A DNA stretch of 64,000 nucleotides from Lytechinus pictus (taxonomy: Eukaryota), in assembly GCF_037042905.1 (NCBI RefSeq), contig NC_087263.1:8124001-8188000 (forward strand). Direction: 5' to 3'. A model generated the notes under the pieces. It worked only from the letters and a program-made list of their open reading frames with translations. It did not search any database and was not told the DNA's origin. Shown piece after piece: positions 27,401 to 40,200 of this stretch; the stretch's first letter is position 1, and the number at the start of each line of letters is the position of its first letter. The position numbers were made by a program, and so were the translations under genes.

Positions 27401-30400
27401 CGAAGAATATTTTCGCTTGAGTGAGCACCGCTTACTTTTGAAAAGTTAGTGAAAAATGATTTGCGCAGAACTTTGAAATAGTTATGCGAATAAAAGTAGA
27501 CCTTAATCATGAAGAACACGTGGAATTTAGCTAATAAAATTGATTTGATATATTTTACCTTTTTTAAAGTTGTTTCCTTGCCCAAAACACTTCGAAGAGT
27601 GCATTGCACCCCACCCCACTCCCCCGCACTCCGAGGCCATCGTGACGATATTTGCTTTACACTGAGCTGCGATTTACATGAAATGGCTTAGGCTTCATTT
27701 TCATTTTGTTAATCATTGTCAAGCTTGGGAAAAGTGTGGAGAAACAAGTATTAAATGAAAAATGAAATGTAAACCCACTTTAAATGATACAAACTTAGTG
27801 AAAAATATGCTGAAGATGTCTGAAATAAACTTTTGTTCAGATTCAGTTAAGTCCTCAGATCCAGCTGGCACAAACATGGGTAAAGGTTGTGCTTACTATG
27901 TGTTGAAATTTCAATTTGGGTGGCAAAATTAAATGCTTGAATGTATCCGTTTTATTTCAATTGACTAAAAGAGCAAGGGAAATTGATGAGAAATGTTTCG
28001 CAGGGTAAGTTTGATTTGGCCCTTTCCCCTTTACACAGCGTGAAAACAAGCATTTCTGCGCAAACAGATTTCTGCGAGCTTTACAAAAATGGAGAGTGCT
28101 CACTCAAGTGTAACATTCTGTCAAAACTTTTACTTTCATTAGATAGATGAGAACCAGACCCAAGATTGCATGTGAAAATATTACCCACATGTTGTATATT
28201 TTTTTAATTCCCAGGGCTTTTTCAAAGTGTTAACTTTTTTTTGATACGCACTGCATATATATATATATATATAAACTCCTCAAACAAAGTTTGGAAATCT
28301 GACTTTGATCGATAATTTCTCCGCGGTTTTAGTAAATATCAATGTGTTATTAACATCAATGAATAGATCATTTACTTTACTTTAAAATGATACCCTACAT
28401 GATATGATTTTGGTTCACATGGAGGTGCAGTGCCTTATAATGCGGGACAATGTCAAAATTCAAAAGTTGCTAAATGACACAATATTGAAAGTCACTGTTC
28501 TTTTTTCCGTGGTAATGACTTAGTTTCTCAGCGGTATCTTTTGACTTTGATCGATAATCCCTCCTCGGTCTTAGTAAATACCAATTTGTTATTGATATCA
28601 ATGAATAGATCATTTAATTTTCTTTAAAATGATACAATGCATTATATGATTACGGTTCACATGGAGATGCAGTGCCTCGAAACGTGGGGCAATGTCAAAA
28701 TTCAAAAGTTGCAAAATTACACAATATTGAAAGTCACTGTTTTTCCGTGGTGATGAGTGAGTTTCTCAGCGGTTTCTTTTAACATGGAACTAAACATGCA
28801 TGGGTATTTCAAACCACGACTCAAACCATGTTATCTCACAGAACCATCACTACATAAACCACACCAAAACATAAATGAAGAAGCAGGAGCTTGATTTGAA
28901 TGGATTTTCATCTCCATTGACACAGACAAAATAATCATGTTCTGTATTGACCCTTCATGACTATTTCTGCTTGTTTTGCAGCTTTTCAATTCAGACCTCA
29001 TTCCAACACTTTTGAATCCTGCTCTTTTCTTGATGGCATGGTCATAACAAGCATGGTATCATTTTAAAGAGAATTAAATGATTTTTCGAATGCAATCAAA
29101 TATGCATTATGTAAAATTGGAAGTTGAGAGAAATTAATAGCCAAACTCAGATTTCCAAACTTTTTTTGCTCGTTTTGCAGCTTTTCATTTCAGACCTCAT
29201 CCAACACTTTTGAATCCTGCTCTTTTTGTGATAGCATGATCATAACAAGCATGGTATCATTTTAAAGAGAATTAAATGATCTTTCGAATGATGTCAAATA
29301 TGCATTGTGTAAAATTGGGATTTGGGAGAAATAAATGGCCAAACTCAGATTTCCAAACTTTTTTTGAGGGGTTTATATATACATACACACACACACACAC
29401 ACATATATACATATATATATATATATATATAGGCCCATGTGTGTGTGGGTGAGTTTCTTTGTTTTGTGTGATCGAGCGCCTTTGGAACGTTGATTCATGA
29501 TTTTGCCCCCCACCCAATCTGAAAAATGGATCAACGCCCCTGCATATACTTTCTAAGTTATGATGACATTTTAATAATTTAACCTTGGTTAAGATTTCAA
29601 TGTTGCCACCGCCGTCGGAAAAGCGGCGCCTAGAGTCTTGCTCTGCTTTGCATGCGAGACAATAATAACAGCATATTTACCCAGGGTAGCCACTTCAGTT
29701 CCGAAAACTGTTCTCCCAGCGGGCCCCGCTATTATTATTACCCGGCTAAGCTAGGCTCAAGCCCCCGAAGCTACCGCCATTTTGTTTAATCCATTAGAAG
29801 CTAAAATAAGCCCTCATTAATATTAATTTCGTACGATGCTCCCAAGTCAACTGTGGTTTTGTACGTGTATTAGACAATACGCACATCAGCGCAATGACAA
29901 AGGTCAACTTGGCAAATTCATTAATGTATTCATTTTGTTACGCGCTCGTGACGCGAAGGATTCAGCGAATCAAGCAAGCGCAAATCTGAGACGATACGTT
30001 GCGCTCTATAAAGTATCGATATCACAAGCGATATCACTTATAAACAAATCATTGTTTGTATTGCGTCTTATAGGCCTTTGCTAATTCCAAAAGGGAAGAT
30101 GAAAAGGGTAGATCGAGTCGTGATTAGGTAAAGAGGTCTCTACTCTAGTGCTTTTGCCATCCCTAAATCGTAATTACCATACTTGTAACTCATGATGAAA
30201 CGGGCCCCAATTTATCATGTTTAATACGTTTCCTGTCCCCTTTATTCTCCAGCATTTCTTACTCTAATTTTTTTTCCATTTAATCATTTTCCCACTCAAA
30301 ATTCTTTTGTGCCGCCTTTCTCCTACATATGTAGAGCTCATTTTCAAAAGGGGTTAGGTCCATTTTTCATCAAACTTGATTCTTATGTCTTAATGTAAAG

Positions 30401-33400
30401 ATTTTTAGTAGCTATATAAGATGATACCATAGAAAAGTTGAAATTCCTATTAAAAAGTGAACTAATATGGCAAAGAAAAATCACCTTTTTTCAAAAGGGG
30501 TTAGGTCCATTTCAGTTTAGTTGCAAAAGGGGTTAGGTCCACACATACTTTTTTTGGAAAATAATATCTTAAAAAATATGAAGACAAGTAAATATCTTTT
30601 ATACCCAATTTCATGTTCTCATGGTAGGGTATCATGAAAATTCAGTTTCGCATAAGAATATTGCAATATGGGAGAATTAAAAAAGAATTATTTTCTTGGA
30701 GTGGACCTAACCCCTTTTGCAACTAAACTCTTCTGAAGAACTCATTTGTCAAAAGGGGTTAGGTCCATTTTTCATATATTTTATTGTTTTCTGTCTCTAA
30801 ACCTCTAAATTTTCAGTCACTCTGATGATACCAAAGAAAATTTGAAATTCAAATGAAAACGTGAATGGAAGTGGCAAAAAAAAACACTTTTTTAATCAAA
30901 AGAGATTGGATTCACTTCAATTTACTTGCAAAAGGGGTTAGGTACACAATGATATTTTTTTTAAAGTATATAGAAAAAAATTGAAGACAGGTAGATTTCT
31001 TTTATACCCAATTTTATGTTCACTGTTCACATGATAGAGTAGTACATCATGACAATTTAGTTTCTCATAAGAATATTGCAATAAGTGAGAATAAAAACAT
31101 GGTTTTTCTCGGAATGGTCCTAACCCCTTTTGCAACTAAACTCTTCATATATTTCCTTCTTCTTTTCCCACTTGTTATCTGTCTCCTGGTTACCATAAAT
31201 CTTGTCTTATTTCTCTTCCACCCCTTTTGTTCCTACTTCCCACTTTCTAGCTCTCTTACCACCCCCTCTAAATTATCTCTTCATATGTGCCCCTCCATTT
31301 CTTTCTCATCTCTTTTCAACCCACTTCTCATCACTCTTTCCCTCTCTCGATCTTCATCTCATTTTCAATTTTGCCAATTCCAAGTCCCTTTCATTTTAGC
31401 TCTGTACAAATACTATATGAACAAAAATGAAAGACATAAAGGAATTCTCTGGTTAGTGGTGAATTTTATTAATTAGCCATAAAAAAATATTACATTATCA
31501 GAGGATTAAGCTTTACCTTTTTCTTAAGCGTATGTTAATACTTTGAACCAAAATAATTTTTTGTATGCTGGGGCAGCGATCCTGGGGAGGAGGGGGGGGG
31601 GGCACAGTTCCCCCTACTTCTTGAAGCACTGAAAAGTGCCTTTTTATGCAAGAAAAATGCCCCCTCACGAACGTGTACTGTGTCCCTTTCACCTGACGAG
31701 AACCCGTTTTAGGTGTTACCAAGTGCTCTTCCTTGTATGCAATTTTTTTTTACCGAAAAATGCCCCCCCCCCCCGGAACGTGTTCTGTGCCCTTTCATTT
31801 GAGGGCCCGTTTCATGTGTTAACCCTTGCCTTCTTGTAAGTGCCCTTTCTCGAATCACTGCCCCCTTTTTACCCAAGAAAAGTGCTCCTAAAGAACTTGT
31901 TCTGTGCCCCTTTCACCTGAGAAGGACCCGTTTTATGGTCACCATGACGATTGCCCTTTGAAACAAGAAAACAATATTCTCATTTCGATAATATACTTAT
32001 GAAGGAAATCCTTTGTGCATTAAGTTTAATAATTCATGGGTGGGGTATATAAGCAGTTTCGTACAGATGGAGGGGGGCTTGAATGACTCTTGCCCCCCCC
32101 CCCCAAAAAAAAAAAAAAAAAAGTCAAAATTTTGCTCGCTCGCAACTTCTTAAAAATTTCATGTAATACAGCATTTTCCCTATGCCCCCCCCCCCCATTT
32201 TCAACTTCACTCCGCCGCTCCTATTTGTATGTTTATAGCTTCTCCTTTTGCAACCAGTTTTAATGAAAATCAACAAGAAATTTCATACGTCATGAATTTG
32301 GGGTTGTGATAATAATTTTTGTGTGTGTGAAAAATTGGACTTGGAAAAAAAAAACCTTTTCCATCTTCATCAAGTGGTTCCTAAGTCAGACTCTTCAATG
32401 TTGAATTGTTGGATTTCTTGAATGAAAACATCTGTTACACCAGTCCTGCAGATTGAAAAAATAGAGAAAGAAAATCAATGAATTTAAATTAAAATTGTCC
32501 TGATTTATGAAACTTAAATGTTTTAAGAAAAGTGAGACTATACATATATATGTTTCTTCAACACATAACAGGAAATCTTACTTCTACTAATTATAAAATT
32601 GTACTTCTATAAAGCATATCACTTAAACCTGTTCTATGCAGTTTACATACCACTCTCCATTATAACGACATGTACTGTATGAAAAAATGCCAGAGATTTC
32701 TCATAAATATGAATATATGAATCAACATATGTAAATTATATAAATAGTCAAAATTAAAGTTGATATGTTTTGTTGCACAGAAATATGATTAAAAACGACA
32801 CTAACTATAATCTAAAAACAAAATTGAAATGGGTTTTTCAAAGGCAGGTCTATTTGTTGCCAAAAAAATGTGAACAACCTCCATTATTAAAAATATTCAC
32901 TAATTAACTCACTCATATAACTGCTGTAGGTTGTATTTTTCTTTGTGGTCTAGTCGCTGTTCTATTAGGCCTACTTCACCGATTATTTATTATCATCAAT
33001 CACCTCCATGGAAATTGTAAAACTGCATCATCCTATTGGACAAAATGTAAAATAACAAGATTTTTAAAAATCGTAAATCTACAAATATGAAATATGAATA
33101 TCACACTAAAGAATGCATAAAATGAATTTTGTAAAATATGAAAAATAAATATTGCTTTGTTTATAAACAAATAGGAAATAAAAAGGCCATTTAATTACTA
33201 GTAGATCAAGGACATGACCTTATTTTATAAATTTGCCCAAGGTACATAACTTTTGGCATTGGTTCTATTTTAGACTCGAGAGCCTTAGGCTGTATATTTA
33301 AGAAGTGTATATTCATTACAGATCCTACCTCTTTGTGGCTCAGATTATTTTTATTTAATGTAAACATGGTTAACATTCAATGCATGTAATGTATCTGTAA

Positions 33401-36400
33401 TTTTGTATGGGTTAGTTTAAGTTTTATACCTGGATGAGAATCTGCAAAATGATGTATGCACTTATATGATCATCATCTTGAACCATATAGGTAGACCTCT
33501 ACTGTTTTTTCTTGTTCTTCAAACTCAACCTGTTTGTGAAAGAAGAGAGAGAACAATAATAAGAAGTGATCTTTTTCATGGCCGTATGTATAGGGGGAGG
33601 GGTTTGGGTAAAAGCTGAAATGTGAAAACCTTCATCAAAAAGAGAATTACTTGACATCCTTCAATTTTACGTTAGAAAATGCACAAAACGGCCCTAGGTA
33701 ATATTGGTCACTTCTGGCCCTCGCTTTCTGCATTTTAGGTTTCTCTAAATTTTTTCACATGTCTGCCCCCCCCCAAAAAAAAAAAAAAAAAAAAAAACTG
33801 GATCTTTTTATTTCCAAATCTCATTTCATTAGATTTTAACATAATTTCATAATCTCATGCACTAGGTCTAGATCTATTTGTAAGAAAGTATAGATCTAGT
33901 CCAACGAGACTCAGTGCTGTGCGACAGCATTCATTCATGTATCTAAATTAGGTCTAGATCTAGACTAACAATGGACTCTCGATCTATCTAGACCTAGTAG
34001 AAAGTAAAGCTTCGGTTCTAAACCCTATATCGGTTTAGAAATTATTGATGTCTGACTTTGACTTCTATTCCTGGCTAAGACTTCACTGCCATTATTGACC
34101 GAGAGTAGATCTAGATCTATCATCTAGTCCGACTCCTTGGTCCACTGACAGTCATACTCGTACATGTAAATACTAAATGGAGTCGTTTAGGCCCAGACCT
34201 AGATCTAGGCCTAAATTACAGACCTAGATCATAAGCCCTGGGGGTAAGTATCGAGGGTTGGGAAAGTATAAGTTAGACTAGATTTTAATTAGGTAGGCCT
34301 AGCTCTTGATACTTGATAGCATCGATGAATAATTAAAAGTAAAGTAGCCTAGGCCTAGATCTAAGTATAAAGTAAGTAGGGCCTAGGATTAAGAATATCT
34401 AGGTCATAGATCTATTGATAATAAGACAAACATGCAGAGCAGCATGTTATTTCTAAGACCGAGTCTATATATTTATGAATAACAATAAAAATGGGTGGGG
34501 GCTAAATGCAGAAGCCTGAAGTTATGCAAAATAAATTTGATAATGATATCTGAAACAAAGTGAGGACTGAACAATGACAGGTGTATCTTCATCCACACTC
34601 CGCTTTACTGTTTATTCCTGACTGAGTCTCGATCTACTGAAGATAGATGCAGATCTCCCTCTAGATCTAACGTTACAGTGTACAAAAAGAAGCCTCATTC
34701 TTCTTGTTTTAATCAATCGTGGGTTGGTCCTTGTTGGAGGTGAACCAAACCAGCCCGATTATCTCTCGATTCCCAGCCGGCTAGGAGCCCGTACAAAATA
34801 CACTGCAAGCAACATACAGGCTGCACTGGGCGACGATGACAATCTAACTTCAATTTCAAAGACCAAATTCTGCTTTCCTTTAACAGAAGAATGATAGCAA
34901 ACTCTCTAATTTGTTAAAGAAATAACCTAAGATCACAAAATACAGTGTGAAATGCGTAAATAGTCCACTGAATTCATGTGGTTATATCAATTTATGCGTA
35001 CTCACCGGAGTGTTCGTAGGTCCATTTTGTGTGTGGAAAGAAAAGTTTCAGAATGAATAAATTAGATGACGTAATGAGGTCAAATGAATAATTATTTCTG
35101 TAACACGATACCACTAGTATCGATGACAAAGAATCGGGGAAATCGCGTATTAATGACGCTCTTAGCCAATGAAAAGGCCGGATTATGAATATCTTCATGC
35201 TCATGAATGTCAATGAGGGCTTATTTTTGTCTTCAAATGATCGCGGTAGGCGGAGCCTAATCTCATTTGTTTTGTGCTGAACGCGCACGCAGCTTTCGGT
35301 CTAGTAATATATTATAAGGTCTTTGGCTAGGCTACATATTCGGTGCACACATCTTTTTGAGGAATTACTTCCCGCCGGTACCCATTTACCTCACCTGGGT
35401 CGAGTACAGCACACTGTGGATGAATTCCTTGCTGTAGGAAATTACGCCATGGCTTGGATTTGATCCCACGACCCTCTGTTTCAAAGTCCAGAAACTAATC
35501 CAATGGGCCACGACGCTCCACTATACCATATTTGTATGATCTTCTCTCTGCAGTACCTCCACTTCATGTGATTGCGATGACGTCAACACCTTTTGAGAGC
35601 ACTGGGAACGCTCCAACTTTCTCTTGCGTACTCTCACCGGACAACACACAGAATACCATAACCTACACAGAGAGGGCAGTTAGACCAAGTCTCACTCCTG
35701 GAGGCTACACACTGAACATACCGGGCATGGAAGTAACTCAGACCGGTGGATTTACACAGAACCTGCCTGGTGATGAGACGTCAGTTGGTGTCTATAGGTG
35801 TTCAAGTACATCTACAATTACTGGTACTTCAACATCAGCAGATGTGACAATTCTCTCACAAGAAAGTACGTACGAACATAAAGTTGAATCAAAAAAATCT
35901 GACATATGACTGAGATAATGAAAAAAAAAAAATCAACCGACATTTCTCCATCCTATCCCGCCATAAAAACCCTTGTATTCACCAATACAGAAACAGCAGT
36001 CATCAAACGATTGTCAGAAATAAAAATCAACATGATTTTAAAATTCCAAATATAGCACTAATTAAAGACTTGTCTTTGATCATGGAAGCTGCGATTTCTG
36101 CAACGAGTCCCTATTATAAATATTACCTGAAATGTGACTCTAGAAAAATGGACAAAATCATCATACTATTTCAAATATTCTAGTATTTCGGATGTCAATA
36201 TTTCAGATTTGTCATCCCACCCTCCTCCTACCAACAATAAATCACTAGGAAAAGTTTTTAGTAAATTATCAAAACAATATCTGGTTTTGAAAAGTAAAAA
36301 TTTGAAAATTTACTTATCTAAAATAATATTTCTTTTTCTTAATGCTGTCAAACATTTAAAATTTCAAATGTCAAAAGTTTTATAGGAGTTTCTTCGACAT

Positions 36401-37264
36401 CCTTCTTTGCAAACTGCTCGAAGTTCCACTGAGACTCCACAGTTGTGCACATCCTCTGCCGGAGTGAACACACAATTTTAAAAGGTGTTTTCTGCTTATT
36501 CTGTATCATTGAAATCTTTCTTCATCAAACAAGCATTTGCTGGGTTATTGTTAATGTTCATATATTTGAATTTTAAAGCTCAATTATATTTCAAAATCAA
36601 TTTAGGCGACTTATTGTTGGTTTTGGGTGGCAGGTGACATTTTGAAATGCATTTTTTAAAATCTCCGATCGCTGAAGGTAGGGATCCAGGGTTGGCATGG
36701 TTGGGAGGTATACCATACATGTATGATTCTATTCGAAAAAAGAGAAACGTTTCGTTTGATCTCTCACGTTATGGCCAAAACTATTCAATGTTATTAATGT
36801 TTTCCAGCAATTCTCAATCCTTTTTTCTAGGACATTTTCAACCAAGTGACGGTCGCCTCACCAAAACGGTTTATCCAGGAGACGACATCACGCTTGCAGT
36901 GTCTGCCACTGATAGGTATGATTCAGGAACGCAGGAGATCAGATGGAGCACTTTTTCAAACTTTGCAGAAGGATCCTTGTCTCCAGATGGAGATGGGACA
37001 CTGACCTATACAATTCGTTCAGCATCTAAGAGAAATGCAGATATCTACGGGACATTCCAAAATAATATGGTTGATAATCGTCTTTACAATTTGATTCGAG
37101 TCATAGTTATTGGTAAGTTACTTTTTACGATTTTCTCTGTTCTTTCTCTTATTTCTGGAAATAGTGCAACAGAAGCTACATTAATCTATTAGCAAAATCG
37201 CTGAGACCAAAAGTGAATTCTGCTGTCACGAACACCCTAACCTACGTGCACACACACACATATA

Positions 37265-37297
<33 letters not shown>

Positions 37298-40200
37298 TAT
37301 ACAGTGCGTCCCACACAAAACTAAACCGAGATTTAGCGATGATTTATCATAACTTAATCACAAATACAATAGACAAATGACCTACCATTGTCAAGCTTAG
37401 AATCTCCTCTTTCATCTGAAATTACTTAGATTATTTCTCATTCACGCATGAGTGAGCAAAAACAATTTGTAGAGGGGATACCAAAAAGTCACTTGGCGGG
37501 CTGTATCTGGGTTTCAAAAGAAAAACCACATTTTAAAAATGTTCAATATCTGCTCTTTAATTTGATACCTCAATTACAGAAATTGGTCAAGAAATAACAA
37601 AGTTCTGGTTATTTGAAATAAGGCTCGAATTTCAATAATTTCATAAAATGAAGAGGTTTTACAGGCTAGCGTTCAAACTCATTTGACACTCCGTTTTGTT
37701 GACGATCAGCCATGCATTAAGTCTTTTGTTAACCGTGCGATAGCTTCTTTGGGAAACCGGTGAAAACACGTTTATTTAATGAAATTATGGAAATACAAGC
37801 ATTGTTTCGAGGGAACATAACTTTTTTAATTCTTGAGCATTTTCTGTGATTAAGGTATCAAATAGAAGAGCAGATATTGAACTTTTTAGGCACGTGAATT
37901 TCTTTTTGAAATTCAGATACCCCCCGCCAAATGAGCTTTTGGTATCCATTCTTCAAATTGTTTTTGCTCCCTCTTGCGTGAATGATAAATAATATAAGTA
38001 ATATCAGATAAAAGAGGAAATTCTAAGCTTTACATTGGTAAGTCATTTGTCTATTGTATTTATGATTAAGTTATGATAAATCATCGCTAAATCTCGGTTT
38101 CGTTTTTTGTGGGACGCACTTTATATATGTCTGATACATAAATAATTACTGGTCTGGGGAGCACTGATTTAAGCTACATGTACACTACCATTTTTCTCTA
38201 TTCCCTTTTCTTTCACAATATATTTAAATAAAAAGGAGGTACCAAAGAAGCTGTCCATGTTTAATTTCTGACACGTATGCATATGGATGTATGTATGTAT
38301 GTTTATATGCATATACAGTACATACTTACCTTATGACATCCCACTTGGATAGTATAAACGGGGGGGGGGGGAGGGAGGGGGGGGGGGTACTCGGTAAGTT
38401 TGGAATTTGAGTCGAAGATTAAAGATAAAGATTGTAAATTTGCAGCACTGGCGGATCCAGGGGTGGGGTCACATCCTGCCATGAGAGCCATAATAATTTT
38501 TTTAAAATAAATTATCCCCCCCCCCCTTGTAAGTGAAAAACTTTTTTTTTTTGGATTGTCAAAATTTTCCCGAACGAAATGGCCTTCGATATTAGGTAAA
38601 AACTTGTGATTTTTTTGTTGGGCCTGTCAAATTTTAATCGGAAAAATGTGCCCCCTCTTTAGAAAATCACGGATTCGTCCCTGATTTGCAGTATTTATAT
38701 ATTCTTTTAAAATATCTGATTTTATAAACATGACAAATGTGGTAAATTGTCAAAATATGGCCAACTTTATTGAATAAGTGAAAATGACGTTTTGGAATTG
38801 TACTGATAGGTTTACATTAATAAAGAGATTTACTTTTATGCCTTCAGTGTACCGGTCTGATGACATCAAATCTAAAGACCACATTTCTTGATGACCACCA
38901 ACAATAATTTAATTTGCTTCCTACCCTTATCCAAATCATCATAATGATGAATAATAAACATAAGTCATTCAGGATTTTGTAGTATTATGTCATATTTTTA
39001 TTGTCGTATATAGAATGTCCCCGTGGCCGATGGAACCTACCTTTATGTGATAGTTTGTGTGATAACTGCTACAATGGAGGAATCTGTCATCCTCAATCAG
39101 GAACGTGTATCTGTCCCCCAGGATTCATGGGCAAGAACTGTTTAACTGGTGAGTCGTCGTCCAATCAAATATACTGTAAAATACAATAAAAGAGAAGACG
39201 CAATATCAACATCGCAGTTTACAGGGGACAAAAATGTATAGTTTACTCATGTTATACTGAAATCTCCAATGAAAAGGAAATAACCAAAACAATCACCGCA
39301 CAAACTAGGCACTTTCACACAATCGTACGTTGATACCATCCAATATACCTCTTTTGTTTTTGTTTAGACTTCTCAGGCAGATATAAGATTGTTTTATAAC
39401 GTAAATAAAATTTGAAATTACCAGGCAGACCTAAATGAAAATATTTTTTTCTGAAATATAATTAGTTAGTTTATATGAAAAAAAAAACTGCAAACGTAGC
39501 CCTCGAAGCCAATTTGGAAAATAAATTGACTAGTAGCATAAAGAACGATGACGAGATTTCCACGGTTCCATGTACTCTAATCATGCTAATCGCTCTGATC
39601 ATGGTTTGAATTATTATTTTATTACAGCATGCGGTAAACACCTTTTTGGATGGGAGTGTGAACTCGAATGTGGTGCTGGTAATGTTCTTGATGCTTGCAG
39701 CGGAAGTCAAGTCTGTCTACCCGATCCCTATGGTTGCAACTGTCTCTCTGGTTACACAGGAATATACTGCGATGAACGTAAGTTCTGGAGCAATATTAAA
39801 ATAATAATACATTATAATCTAGATTCCCATTACATAGCTCCTATGCTATTATACAGTGGCATATCGGAGATGCACGCAGGGCAGAACTGTAATCAGACGA
39901 TTTGAAAAGAAAAAAAATAAATAAATAATTTATGGATTTATAAAAAAAGAATATGAGTTAGGTATTGTCATTTTTGCTGTTATTGTTCCTCTCATTATCT
40001 TACCCCACAATCACATTCATCAAGTTTCACATGTTAATACTTTGTAATCAAACCAAGTCAGTAAACCAAGCTCAAACAAACCAAGCATACCATCAACCAG
40101 GTTCAAGCCAACAAACCGCATCAAATACCTCAACCAACGTACTTATATTATAATACTCAGTAATAAATCCCAACCAACCAAATAAAAGCTCAATAATCAA

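Larger units (their letters stand above)
21880..29542. mobile_element. GCTCGC-repeat DNA element with 6-bp TSD (CATATA), hosting further insertions
   Basis: Right end GGATCAACGCCCCTG; left end eroded (TCGATCCTGGG); CATATA on both flanks. Confidence 0.7.
20997..29660. mobile_element. Helentron/DINE-1-like non-autonomous element with ~150-190 bp internal tandem repeats, split by a 7.7-kb nest
   Basis: AACAAG start, subterminal GTCTCGC mirrored by a 3' hairpin ending GCGAGAC, and TGACCTTTGACCTT units at 21140-21870 that resume at 29549. The family assignment is inferred from architecture. Confidence 0.65.
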
